Source of the DNA: Acanthaster planci
Taxonomy: Eukaryota
Assembly: GCF_001949145.1 (NCBI RefSeq)
Contig: NW_019091362.1
Location: 1,309,838 to 1,373,837 of the forward strand
Direction: 5' to 3'
DNA length: 64,000 nt
Shown: piece by piece, positions 1-13,300 of the stretch
Layout: every line of letters starts with the position of its first letter
How positions within the stretch are numbered: the first letter of the stretch is position 1
Notes under the pieces: model-generated
Told to the model about the DNA's origin: nothing
Seen by the model: only the letters and a program-made list of their open reading frames with translations
Database searches by the model: none
Position numbers and translations under genes: made by a program

Positions 1-1325
1 GTCAGTCTTCAACTGTCATGTTATCAAAATAACTACATGTATATGCCCTGTTTAACACTGCAGTATTTTTTTTCTTCCCATTGATGGACATTTTGTGTGT
101 ACCAACAGCCAGAGTATATTTGAAAGTAGCTTAACTTTGCTTTTGAATGAATCTGAACTTCCTTGTGGAATGAAGTTGGCCTGATATTTAACTTTAGGTG
201 TTTGAAGAACATCTGAGTTCATTTGGTGGACCAAAGGGGGACATGCTCCCCACCAACTCTCAGAAAGGCTATGAAAGGTTACATCAAAATTCACAAATTT
301 GTTTTCTCCAAAAAGAAATTCTGACCCCCTTCCTTCACGAAAATGTCTTTCTGGATCCAGAGTATGGTTCATGTCTAAGCTCATTTTTTAAAACCAAAAC
401 TTGCCCCATTAGCATTTGATACATATCATTGGCTTATTAATTAAATTCTTGTGATGACGAAATCGTATTATGATTTCTTTTACATCCTACCCCTTTTAGT
501 TTGATGTGCTTTATATCCGTTTTTATATTGCTTTGTCCCTTTCTGAATTGAAACAATGATATATTTATTTTGAGTAGTTCTATTCTTACAATGAAATGTT
601 AGAAAACAGAGAGAGCCAATTATGTTTGAAGTTGACTGCAATTTTTGCTAAAAAAAAGATGGACTGTATTTACTTGTCAAGTGCAACTGCTTACATGATA
701 CCTACAGGATAGTCAGATTCTGACATTCCAGTATTTGAAACTTTGGCTTTTAAACCCAATCTCATATTCATTTGCTGGCCCTCAATGCACTCCTTCTGGA
801 CATCAGTAGCACACAGATGTATGGCAAATAGCATCATCGCTCAACCCGTTGATTAAGGCAGATTTGATGCCCGCGATTTGTCGATTGCATGACACAGATC
901 TGATTTCACGGTTCACCACAATTATCCCAATTCATCATGTATTTTCTGCCTCAACTGCACTGTGAAATATTAAACAGATGCGGGTAACTGGAATGCGTAG
1001 TCGAGCACATTCTCTGAAAGAAAGCAGTGCATTTTCTTGGATAGTCACCATACTTGAGATTTTTAAGATACAAATGATTCAGTGTCAGGCCTCTATGCAC
1101 GTAAAATCACATTTATGGCTTTCCTTTATTGTGTTTCCATTTTCCATGTTTTTCTGAAGAGTAGAATGAAGCTTTTTTAAAATGATGTCAAATACAACTT
1201 TGTCTTGGGTTTTGAGTAGTTCTTCTTTTCGTTGAATAAGATGTTAGTCCTACCTTTGAGGTTAGGCGTTGTTTTTTTTTTTGCTAGACTTGTTTTTAAA
1301 AGTATTCGAAAAATGAAGTAAGATT

Positions 1326-1479
1326 CACCGGCGGCGAAACGATTTTTCAAAGTGGGGGGAGGCAGTCGTTAAACCATCAGGCTTCGGCCGTTAATAGCTC
1401 AATCCATGGAGCCCCACCCAATTATAGGTCCTGCAAAAAAATAGGGGAGGGCCTGTCCCCTCCTCTTCCACCGCCAGTG
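1326..1479. mobile_element. Short non-autonomous hAT-like element (MITE)
   Basis: Imperfect TIR caccggcggcgaaa / ttccaccgccagtg; 8-bp flanks gtaagatt / gtaagaat (7/8, TSD-like). Confidence 0.7.
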
Positions 1480-3869
1480 GTAAGAATTTGGTGCCAAATC
1501 CTCTTCTTGCCACTGTTTAAAGTTGTTTTCATAGTCTTTAATTTTTGAAAGTGATATTTAATGGACATGCTTATTTATGTGTACATTACAAATAAAATAA
1601 TATATTACTGCCTAAAATGAGCATTTGCTTTAAAATGATGAGGAAAAGATTGTTGGGCCTATACAATGTCTAGCTCTGAAAAATTATGCTAATCAGGCAT
1701 GTCATGTTCATGCATGGTACAGTGTGGTGTCACTGAAACCTCTTCTGAATACTGTGATGTTACATACCATAACTGCAGATTATTCCAATCATTGGGGTAA
1801 TTTAGGGGCTGGTTATTGCCGGTGTCCATGGTAAATGCCTCAGTTTGGCAACAGAAATGGCCATTTGCTACTCACAGCTTTATATGAGTTCATACAATCG
1901 TGCAAATGTGGAAATAAATTACTTGGAGGGTAAAAAAACAAGTCCAAAAGAGGAAGAGTCCTGAGGAGGATAATGATGGAGTTGCTTAGAGACTCCAATA
2001 ATGGAGGACTCAGAAGTGAGTCTAACTTCTGCCCTAAAATTAGTATTTTTCTGTGTTCAATTGTGCTTTTATTTCTTTATTTTGTTTTACCTTTTTGTTG
2101 CCATGGTGTTAGCAGTTGAGGCCATTCATTATGACAATGCTCTGACGTCATTGCCACTGTCGTAACTCCTCCCCCCCCCGGAGACATTTTGCTATTTTTA
2201 GAGGAGCTGAAGCTGACGGTGCTTTGGGAAGAATTGGAGTTTGTAAGAAAACCCAGTCATTCAAGGTTGCAATAAGGGAAGGGGAAAATGAAATGAGAAA
2301 TCCCCAATGCATCACCCAACAACCGCTGTGCACCAGTGGCGTCTCTCCGATCCTCTATTCAATTTGTTACGCCAATGAGCGGGCCTTACACAATGGCAGG
2401 CGCGATACGTTGTCGTGAACACCGTTTCCTGTTCAAAGGAGGATCCCGCATACATTAAACCCCCCCCTTCCACGCGATTGATTCTCCCAGTACACGCACA
2501 AACAAGAGGGAAATCTCCAAGAGAAATAGCTGAGGGCTTTTACCGGTCTCTGGACCATCATTAAATGAAGATGGAGCTCACAAGTCCCTAAAGACAGTAA
2601 CTGACAGGACAGCATGCCAAGGACCGAAGGAGGGTATTAAGTACCCTTCTCATCCTGTGCCACAGCAGTGGATCAATTTATTAACCCCCACACCGGTTTA
2701 GGGGAAGAAAGTTAAAGCCCTGTCTCCGATAATGCACCGACTTACTTTAGTATGATATTTGAGTGGGTACATGTATGATGATAACTGGTAAATTTCAGCA
2801 AATAAATACTGTTCACAGGGTTCCGTGTGTTACAGCATCCAAATCTTTGGCACTCTCCTAGTCCAGCAGTGATTGGTTGTTTTAGGGCTTGGTGCTATCC
2901 TGTATCAGCTTTTATCATTGGAAGGGGTGTGGCTTTACAAAGTACGAGGAGGGGAAGTACCATATGGGGATCAATCCAACAATACAAGCAGGGCATGTGT
3001 TAGTGTCAGGTATTGTCTCTAGAGTTGTTAAGTAATTGAGAACAAAAGAAAACAGGGAAAGAACGGAAATGCATCTCCGTAACCAAACAAAGCCAAAAAT
3101 CGTAAAATGGCTGTGACAGGCGGGCAGGATGTGCCCCCCCTTTGGATCTACTAAGCAGGGATGCCAGCTTTTCAAGCGAAAAAGGCCTATTAATCATTCA
3201 AAATGTTGGACTAATTTCAGACCACAGTGAAGTACAAAACTTCATTTAGGCTTTTCTGGTCTTATTTTCAAGCTCTGGACAAGACCCAGCAGACTGGTAT
3301 CCATAACTTACGCTTTTGATTGTAACATAAATCAAAAGTTTTATTAAATTGATGCTGCTTTGAAAGTGATGATTATATATAGTTTGCTGGCTAACGAATA
3401 CATTATTCATGTCAATTTGCGCTTCACTAAGCACATGTACTCTTTGTTCTTGTGGTAACTTGGGGCTAATGGGAAAAAATGAATTAAATTTTTCAGAATC
3501 CATTGCTGGTGCAAAAAAGTATGTTTTATGAGAAGTCTGTACTGTACTGTCAGACAGGATTTTCAGTAAGCTTGGCCAACGACCTCCGTTCATGTTGCTT
3601 TAGACGTATCTTGGGGGAACATTATTGATGAGCAGTCATTCAACTCCACCAAAGGGTGAATTAATGAGGGAACTGTATGTATTGGGATTGAAAAGCTTTT
3701 ACAAAAGAAATGAAATTGTGTTCTCTAAATGTTCCACATTGAAAGTAGTGGTAGGTAATAAAGGTGTCACCTAACAAATCGTGTACATGATTAGTTTAGC
3801 ACAATTTCCCAAGTATCTTTCCATTGAAGATCGTATTGTGCCAAAGCCTCAAGATGGATAACTCTACCC

Positions 3870-4050
3870 AAAAGGTGTAATTACCATGGGCGCCATTTGA
3901 GCAAGCGATACGCCTGCGCAGTTTACAGTAATGCTTGGGCACAGGCTCCGCAGGTGCATGTGCCTGCCGCGGCGCCTGCGTCTGTGCATTAATGTGCATT
4001 GCGCAGGCGTATCGCTTGCTCAAATGGCGCCCCTGCAATTACAACGTTTT
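3870..4050. repeat. GC-rich long palindrome / foldback
   Basis: Perfect 33-bp inverted arms 3888-3920 and 4000-4032; imperfect pairing continues inward and outward. Confidence 0.9.
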
Positions 4051-5979
4051 ATGTGTATTCACGGTGAAGTTCACCATCTTGCGCCGCTTCGCGGTGCTAC
4101 ACGATCTTTGCTTTCCATTACGTACACGTCAGACGAGGGAAGGCTAATGTATGATAACTTGAAGAACTGAAAAGCCAAGGGTATGGATGTGGTTAGAGTA
4201 GGTAGGGACTGGTGGATTATTTGAACACTTGAGAATTTTTAAACGCCGATGCTTTATTCAAGCCACAGCTTTCTTTGTTGATTGAACGTTTGCAGCGGTG
4301 AATTGTCATTCATAGACAATAACAAATGTATAACGAATACTGTGCAACCATACACTGTGTCTCAAGTTTTCTGTTGCAGTTAATCATGCTCTAATGTGTG
4401 GAGCTCAAATACATTTAGACTACAAATTAAACCAAACTGAGTACGGCTTTATAAACAAAAAAACAGTATCCAATGAATTGTACGCATCCAGTGAGTTGTT
4501 CAATGAACAAGAGAACTTAGTGGAAAAAGTATGAAAAGAAACGGCTTGACAAAAGAAAAGGTGGTTTAGAAATAGTTGGAAACATAGGCCAACATTCATA
4601 TGCATTATGCACCAAAAATATCTGGTGCAAATTACAAAATGTTTATGTGGACATTCGCATCCACATCAAACTCAAAGATTTAGAAGTTTGTGTGAAGTTC
4701 CATAATAATGTTCCTTTAAATTTTGTACATATTTGTGTCATAAAGTATACCATTTCCTGTCGAATTCGATCCCAGTAGATTACAAATTGGTCGCGCTTCT
4801 TAACATTAAAATGGGTTTCATCTTATTCCCTTCTCATACATGAATGCTGAAAAATGGATGAATTATATGAACAAAATCAATATATAATCCCAGGGATAAT
4901 AAGCCTAGCATGGCTCACGAAGCATGCGACATATACATGCATCTGCAAATAAGTGCTAGGGGCAGAAAAACAGGTGTGAGTTTAATTTAATTCCCAGGGA
5001 AGACACCACAGATAAAATTACCGACACAGGAAACATCTTGAGAACACTTTGGCATATCCGCTGACAAAGCTGGGAATAGGCCGATGTGGAGATCCTAGTT
5101 GCAAATCTGGTATATCTTCTTGCATTGTGCTTCCTTATACCTCTGCTTCCAAATCCTATCCCCCCCTCCCAAAGACTTCCTTCTTTCGGACCCCATTGAG
5201 TCATATTAGCTTCCTGTGGGTCCTAGCTCTATGATCATAGCAAATTTATGCAGGCTTGCTATATTTTGGAATTTGAAAAGAATTCAGTATTTGTGTGTGA
5301 TGCAGAAATGTAGCATTATGAAATTATGGCATACATGATCCAATACAATATGCAGTTTCTGTTATATACACATTTATTTCAATGCTGCGGTGATTCATGT
5401 TTGTTTCTTCCAAGTTAGATTCTTGTCGATCTGTACATGATCAAGTGGAGTATCATTTAAAAGGAAGGGTAAAGACTAAGTGTATTTGGACTGGCTAGCC
5501 TAAAATATGATATAATTTGACTTAAGTACATCTATCTACATGTAGTTTATTGGGGCAGTTGCCAAGTGGTGATTTTCAGAAGCCCAGCATTGGGTGCATT
5601 CTCCGATAAAGCGTTCAGTTTTGTCATTTTTGTGTTGCTTGTGTTTTTTAGAAGTATGGAGTGTGTTTGATAATGCTTTATATGAATTTTCTTCGTGGCT
5701 GAGGTTTGTTCCAGAGACCCATGTGGTAAGGAGGTCTAAAAATCAAGAAAATTCTAAGAAATGGCGACAGTAAGGTGATATTTATTGCGGTTTTCTCGTG
5801 TCGCCAGCCAAAGTGCTTTTCATGAATACTCTCCTATTTGTCCGTCATGTGTGCATACCAGTGATAACCCCATTTTATTATTAGCCCATAGTATGCCTTA
5901 AATATAAAATAACAAATTGGAAAAGATTAGCTCATTTATTTGTCCTTATCGCCCTCAGAGCACGTCGCCAATTTCATAG

Positions 5980-6359
5980 CCAGATACGTTACCATTTTTT
6001 CAAAACGACAGAAAGACTTAACATTTGAGGAGTACACCCTTTAAAGTTGCACACAGACTAGACCGAACTGGGGATTATATTGTAAATATGACATAAATCT
6101 AATAAGTTTGGAATAAAAAAATATAGAACTGTTAGCCCCCTAATTTCCAAGTGTTACGTATGTGTAGCGCCAGATACGTTACCTATTTTCCCTGTCCTCT
6201 GGAGACACGCGATGGCAGCTGACAAACATGCATACCGGCCAATAGTTTGTTGGATGATGACTGCTCAAGTTATGGAAGAAGTAGGTAGGGTCACACATTT
6301 TGTCAAGGGAAGCCTATTTCAACATAAGCGGGCCAGATACGTTACACCAGATACGTTAC
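5980..6359 (+). repeat. Four copies of the 13-mer CCAGATACGTTAC
   Basis: Exact copies at 5980, 6170, 6333 and 6347. Confidence 0.85.
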
Positions 6360-9300
6360 TGATTACGAATTTGGCGTGCAAATTTTAGGCTGACGTCAAC
6401 AAAAATGAGATAATGTCGTCAATTCCCTTTTTTTATACATGTAAAAGGTTCTTGCACATGTGAATCACTAGTGCATATGCTTTCCGAGTAGGATTGTATA
6501 TTGTGTGCTGAAGTTGTGCCGAATATTCCTGAAGTTATGGTGAATAGTATTATCTATTTTTTATAGTAAAATATGGAACTTGTAGAATCTGTAGATAAAG
6601 AATTTCAAGAGGTACCGGTAGGTACAATGTACATGTAGTTGTAATTTCACAAAAACTTGATAACATGAAACCATTGTTGTTGTTTTACATGGAATATCTC
6701 ACTACATGCTGGTACAACCTGAGCCTTTTCAACCCCTTAGGAAATACTCAACACGTCAGGAATTTATCGAAGATCTCAGCGGTTTGGCCAGTGAATATTT
6801 AGCCTGCTTGATAATAAACAAGCACAATTCATCAAATCCAGGGGCCTTTCCAGAAGGAATTTTGTTTAGATTGTCAACAATCTCATCTTGCGTAACTGGA
6901 GTAAACAAAAATTGAATTCGGACACCTATCACCTAAAAATGCTGGTGCTTTGCTGGTACTTGTATACAGACACAGACTTTATACTTACAGAATCAAATCA
7001 AAAGGTCTACGTATTAGAGAAGGCAGAGAACTTTTTTTTTGCTGAGGCGCCTTGTGACTATAGCTTTTTTGTAGATGTGTGATCCTCAAATGTTTCCCAA
7101 AGCACTGTTTATCTTCAGAATCTTAAATCTCTAAAAGAGATTGTTTCGAGCGGTGTATATCTGCAACACACCTGTCATACATGCATTGTATTCAGAGTTC
7201 TTACAATGTCACTATTTAGCATCATGTTGGCTTGTTTTTCATTCCATTTTTGTTGTGGGAGGGGGAGGGGTAACCAGACAGCAGATACAAGCATCGTTAT
7301 TCTTTTTTAAAAATATTTTGGCTTTCGGTGCTCACTAGGAATAAGCACAGGTTTGTCACAGCAGAGCGTCATTCTGTGAGTTGTTTTGTGGAGCCAAAAA
7401 TGGACAAACAGTGAAAAGTAATTGGTGCAACACAATTGGGAGACCACCCCCCCCTTTGATTGGAAGATCATACATGCTGGAAGGATAGAGTAGTGTTTTG
7501 TGTGCATATCAACTGATATGGATTGTTAATGGGTTCTAAATGGCATGCAGGCCATGGTGAATAAGGGAAGTTGAATCGTGCCATCAAATTAACCTACTGA
7601 ACACATTTATTATGGCCAACGCTTTTTTCCATTGCATTTGTTCTGTGAGTGAATTGTTCACATGTATGACCACTGGCCTTCATTTGGTATACTAATTATT
7701 TTTAAATTGGTTTTGCCTTATGAAGGCCGGGGAACGGTAATTTCAAGCAGCATACATGTACATATTGTATAATTTGATATTTGTTGACATAAATTTGGTC
7801 AGACCGTACATGTACACATGTATGTACTGCTATTGGATGAAGGGTCAAAATATGTACAATGTACAACTAAAGGTTAGAGTCTATGAATTTTGCGTCCTGT
7901 CATGATCATGTATTCATTGTTGCTATCATTAAATTCTGTGCTGTATTGGCATTTTTTTTAATATGAAAACCTAGAACACTTACAGCTTTACATGTGTAAG
8001 GATTGATAAAGTACACAGCCAAATATACTTCCTCATAAACATTCTTTTTGATGACTCTAGCCCATGACAGCGAAATACACGTTAAGTTGTCACCTTCTTA
8101 GTCACCAAAATTGTTTCCCAAATCTCTGAAATCCTCTGGCTGCCTGGTCTCTTTAAAGAGATCCAGCACGAGGGACACTTTAATGATTTATGGATGATTT
8201 TTATTCTGTCAGTTGCTCCTTATTGATTATCAAGCCTGTTCGCGGCCAGTACCTACATTGTAGCTCAGTTCAAGTGTATATGCAGTGGTCATTAAAAAAT
8301 TTACAACAGCCATACCATCAAGACGTGTACCCTGAGTGAAACTCATTCAGACAGGCTCACTGAACTGAGGATGAAGTATTAAGACATAAGGAGACTTGTT
8401 TTATTCATGGAATTTGTATTTCTCTGTCTCTTGGAATATTTGATATTAATATGGACTTCAGTTTGTGGGATTCAAGTGTCTTGTCATGATCTTGTCAATC
8501 TGGAGTTGTCAATGGACAATCTTTGTTATTGTCATGGAGTTGCTGATAATTAAATGCTCATAGTCATGAATACAGACAAAAAGTTTTTTACATAGACAAA
8601 TTTAGAGGCAAAGACGTTGTCTGATGTACCGCTACTGATTGAAGACATTTCAGATGCAAGGTGACTGAAGACATATAAGTCCTTTGTGACAGGTCCACTG
8701 TCTGCTCTGAGCAGAAGCACCCCCTCATCGCTTGAAAAGAGCCATGTTAGTGGGGAGTGTTCAATTTTGTTGGTAGCTATGCCACCATAATGCGTGCATT
8801 TCATTGTTGTTTATGAACCAGTGAAAAGCAGTTCCAACCAACGGAGCCTTCGTTGCAGGGGAAATTGCACCCTCTCATGGTCCACCTTGGGGCTCAATGT
8901 TCGCATCATTTTGAGCATGCACACGTTAGCCCACATGTGACACAAACAGTAATGGACCAGCCACGTGGGACGGTAATGTTTGCCGCCCAATTGAAGGGCA
9001 TTTATTAAGGCTTTTTTAGGCCTGTGGCCCCTTCCCCCACTTCTTGCAGAAGTCGTGTGCACCCGTAGGTGCCCCCTTCACCTTAGTTATTCTACTGGGT
9101 ATGTGTGGGTATTCTACTGGGTATGAGTTTTGTCTTTCAGATTAAACAAGTCTGCAAGGTGCAGTCCTAGTTCTCTCATTACCGTAACAGCTTGAGCTTT
9201 GTTGGCTCATTCTGACCTTTTCCCGGGAGAAAATGGTCATCAGTCCGTTCAGCTTGGGGTTGAGCAAGGGCGTTAATTTATTACCAAAGCAGGAAGCTCC

Positions 9301-10856
9301 CCATCAAGAGAGGTACCCCAGGCTGATGTCGAGTGCTAGCAAAAGGCGTCCCAGTAAATCATAATGATAAATGTAAAGAGGCCAGGTTGGGATTAACATT
9401 AATACAACTTGAGGTTTATTTTTGCTTAAAATGTCTTGCTTCACGAATTGTAAATACTAATCTAACAGAAGTACTTCAGGAATAAAATTCATGATCTTGT
9501 TTTAAAAAAGCTACTGTGTTTTCTAAGGTTTATTATTAGTTAAAACAAGTAACTTTGCAAAATGGGCACAAAAACGAAGGATACAAAAAGTACAGCATGG
9601 TGTCAATTGAACGGCACTGCTTTAATTAAAATTGGTTCTTCCAAAAAAAGTAAAATACAATTGCTGCAAACTGCTGGCAATAATGACCTAAAATACAAAT
9701 CAAAAAAGTTGGAGAGCCTGGCATATTTGTTTGAAGCAGAATCATCCTCAAAGCTTTGAAAAAGATTCTTCTAGGTTCAAACTTTTCGGCACTTTTATCT
9801 TTTTGAATTGACTTATTAATAGATTTTTTATGAAACTCCCTAGTAAACTTGGTGACTATTATCATTTTTTTGGGGGGAGTGTTTTATGACTGACGAGGAA
9901 ACTATTGTGTGTGTGAGGAGAAAATGATTTTATATTGTTACTGTGATAAATTTACTTGCAAATACACAAGACTTGTGATAAAAGAATCTTTGGCAGTTTC
10001 ATTATGTTTCTTGTAATTATTTGGAAAAAATTGAAGTGTGTTTTCAATCCAACACTCAGCTGAACCAACCAGACTTCCTTAAAAGAGATGCATTTTTTAA
10101 ACTGGCGCATTTCTGTTATTAACACTTAATTGATATATATTAATGAAAAATGTGTACTTTATGACTTAAGCTTCCTTTTACAATCTGAAATGGTTTCGTG
10201 ACATCGCATGGCTTATATGTGCCACTGAATGTTGAAGTTCTTTGATGCCGAATTCCTCAAGAGACATTTGACATTTATATCAAGGAGACCGTCCTCATGT
10301 GTCAAGGGAGACAATTGTAAGACATCTCATTCTCATTTCATCCCCCATGTTTGCTAGAGGAAGTCACACAAGGGATGCATGTATTGCATGCGTCCTTGCC
10401 ATCACATGGCCAGATCGATAACGTTCAAGTGAGTGCACTCTTGCCAATCTTCAGGACTAGTCCAGATTGCCCTGTGGGTTCTGAGCTAATGAGCGGCAGC
10501 TGCTTTCAAAATTTGCCCAGCACTCATGGATTCATCACCAAGGGTGTCAGAGAGACAAAAGACAATAATCCCCTCTGACCTTAATGGACAAGTCATTTGA
10601 GACAGATCTGAGGTTATTTTGGTCAGGAAAGTGCCGGGTTTGAATTGGACAAATGGGAAGGGGTTTGTGCAGTTAGGGAGTTAGTAGGTCTTTTGTCTGT
10701 TTTTTGTATATGTTGCCTTTTTTGCATGTAGAATTGAACTAGTAAATGAAGGGTCTTAGTTGAGTCTGTTACAAGTCCCTGCAATTCCATCCAGTCTTAA
10801 GCTCAGTCACAAATCAAGCATGACAAAAGCATTCCCTTTGTTATTGTTCATGCTAC

Positions 10857-10995
10857 CAATAGACCTAAAACACATGGTGTCACGCTTAAAACGTGCACTT
10901 TCTTATGGGGTCTCGATCAATCGCATCCCATCTCACTGCCATAGGGAAGCGTAAATGTATACAAAGTGTGACATCATTATGTAACAGGTCTATTG
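10857..10995. mobile_element. Palindromic MITE (caatagacct...aggtctattg) nested in a degraded copy of the CAGTGTTGTA family
   Basis: About 30-bp imperfect TIRs; flanks resemble the internal sequence of the 37483/42806/56899 family. Confidence 0.65.
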
Positions 10996-13038
10996 TGACT
11001 GGAATTGGGATTGATCTTGTGGAAGGACTCGTCTAAGGACTTGTGATGGATTTGACTGCAGCTTTGTTTGAGAGACATGAGAGTTTGGGCTATGGGGGAG
11101 TTGTGTTTAATTAGGATGGTTCTGGAGGTGCAGAAGTCATCATGAAAGTTGTGCAATTGAGTTCACTTCAAGTCCTTTCAAAAGTTTACGTAATTTGATA
11201 CCCAGGTCCTGTCATAAGCAACAGAAGATGAACTAACTTAGGGAGTTATATATAATTCTTTGCCATGGTGTGTTTGAGTACATCATGGGGCTTTTCAAGC
11301 ACAGAAATTTAGGCAAACAATCTTTGCTTAGCAGAAACAGGTTACCAACCAAAACTTTGTGAAATATGTGCAGCTTAGCACATGAACTTACTAAACAATA
11401 ATTTGTGCTTAGCAGCTCTGTGAAATTGGGACTGGGAACTTGTAAGTATCTGTTAAACAGGTCTGTATAACTTGTGAGGACTTAATTGTGATGGACTTGA
11501 CTCGACCCAACTCAGAAAGTTGATCACAGATTAGAATGAGTATTGCAGGTAGAGTGAGTAAACAATTGCATCCTAGGATGGAATGTGCCAGTCAGAGGTA
11601 ACAGCATCACACAACAGGCTTCATCAATCCCGTAGGAAAATGTCCATACACATGCTATGCACTATTATCTCACACTGTGCTAGGAGATTTCATTTATATT
11701 CTTGAATTGAATAGTGCGAGGGAGACTTGTGTGCTGAATTGCAAATCTCATTTTTATTGGCATAAAGGGCACGGGTTGGTTTTAGACTGTTTGTGGGTAG
11801 TTTTAAAGGACTATAGAATGAATTATGTTGATTGGAGTACTACTGTTGCAATGGATGGGACGTATTGTACTATACAATATGTGCATAAAGCCCCGTTATC
11901 TGATTGGTGGATCATTGCTAAAATGTCATTGAATTATTGGTTCAATTCAACAGTACCCGTCGAATAGAACTTCTTTCACTTGACTGGTTCCCGCCAAATT
12001 TCATATATTTCATTCACCCAAAATAATGTATGGACGGGAACCAGTCTAACATTATATGAAACAGGTGGATGGATTCTGACACCAATCTATTTTGCATAAA
12101 AGTGGACACTAATATATGCAAGGACTGTTAATTTGTTCACCAAACAGAGGAGGATTTATGTAGGTATTGCATAAAACAAATAATTAATGTTTTACATTCT
12201 TACAATGGTAAGAGTAAGTTCATTTGTTCAGATGGAATGTTCTATTTCACTCGGCTTTACCTTGTGGAATAGAACATTCCATCTGTCACCCCATGGAATT
12301 ATTCTTACAATGCACTCATAAACATTCATTATTTGTATACCATTGAATATTCAGCAGAAAGCAAGTCATCAGTATAACCCCCCCCCAAAAAAAACTCTGA
12401 CTGAGGAGCAAATATGGACATCTCCCAAAGATACATTAGCCTTTTGTGAAATATTTCATGGCCATGAACGGTGAAGTAAATCTTTTTATTTTCTGGAGAA
12501 AGGACATGTAAATGATCTGTCAGGATTCCAAGGAGCACGTTTATTCCTTGAATTATTTTTGTGGTTAAGTAATAGTGACAAAATTTTGTAGTGTTAAATC
12601 TGTAATTTAATTTTGTTGCATATTATTCAAAGGAGACTAAATGCATAACTAAGAAGTTGAAAAAAAAAGTTGTAAGAATGATTTGCAGTATCAGTGATGA
12701 CATTTGTCTCATCTTCTCATCAACATTAACAGATTCCAAATTTAGTTTGTCCATAAAAATGTGTTTGCCGGAAGTGTACGGTGTGTGCTTCCATAAAGTT
12801 TTAATGATTTATTCATGGCCATTAATGATTCATGGCAAGAAACAACAAAAGGAGGTTGGCGCATATCGTATACCCAACTTAAATATACAATTACTGAAAC
12901 TTTACTCCATCAGGAACACTCAACTTGACCCAGCGTGGAGAGACCCATGGGCCATGGGTTGGCATAATTGATGATGACTTCCAAAACTTAACCGCTGCTG
13001 TACATATGCGCTGCAAGTCTGTTAGCATAGTATGGCAG

Positions 13039-13300
13039 AGACCGATTGCGTCCGCTAAATCACGTGACCTATATAGTGGTTATCAACCTCATAGCAACAT
13101 GTGTTTTGAGTGTTGTTAACAAACAATACAGCAAAGTTACTGGATAGCACCCAGCACATCAGTAGTCAGAGTAGGTGCTTACCGTTGGCATTATTTTTGG
13201 TAAATGTTACTTATGGCACACTTTGCTTTGGGTGGACGCTGTATTTGTTGATATCTAATACCCACTATAGGTCATGTGACTTAGCTGGCACAATCGGTCT
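13039..13300. mobile_element. MITE family 'AGACCGATTG', copy 1
   Basis: About 35-bp imperfect TIRs agaccgattgcgtccgctaaatcacgtgacctata / tataggtcatgtgacttagctggcacaatcggtct. Confidence 0.8.

Noticed and set aside
5980..6359. CRISPR-like repeated 13-mer
   Set aside because: Repeat too short, spacers very unequal (1 to about 177 nt), no cas genes, eukaryotic context.
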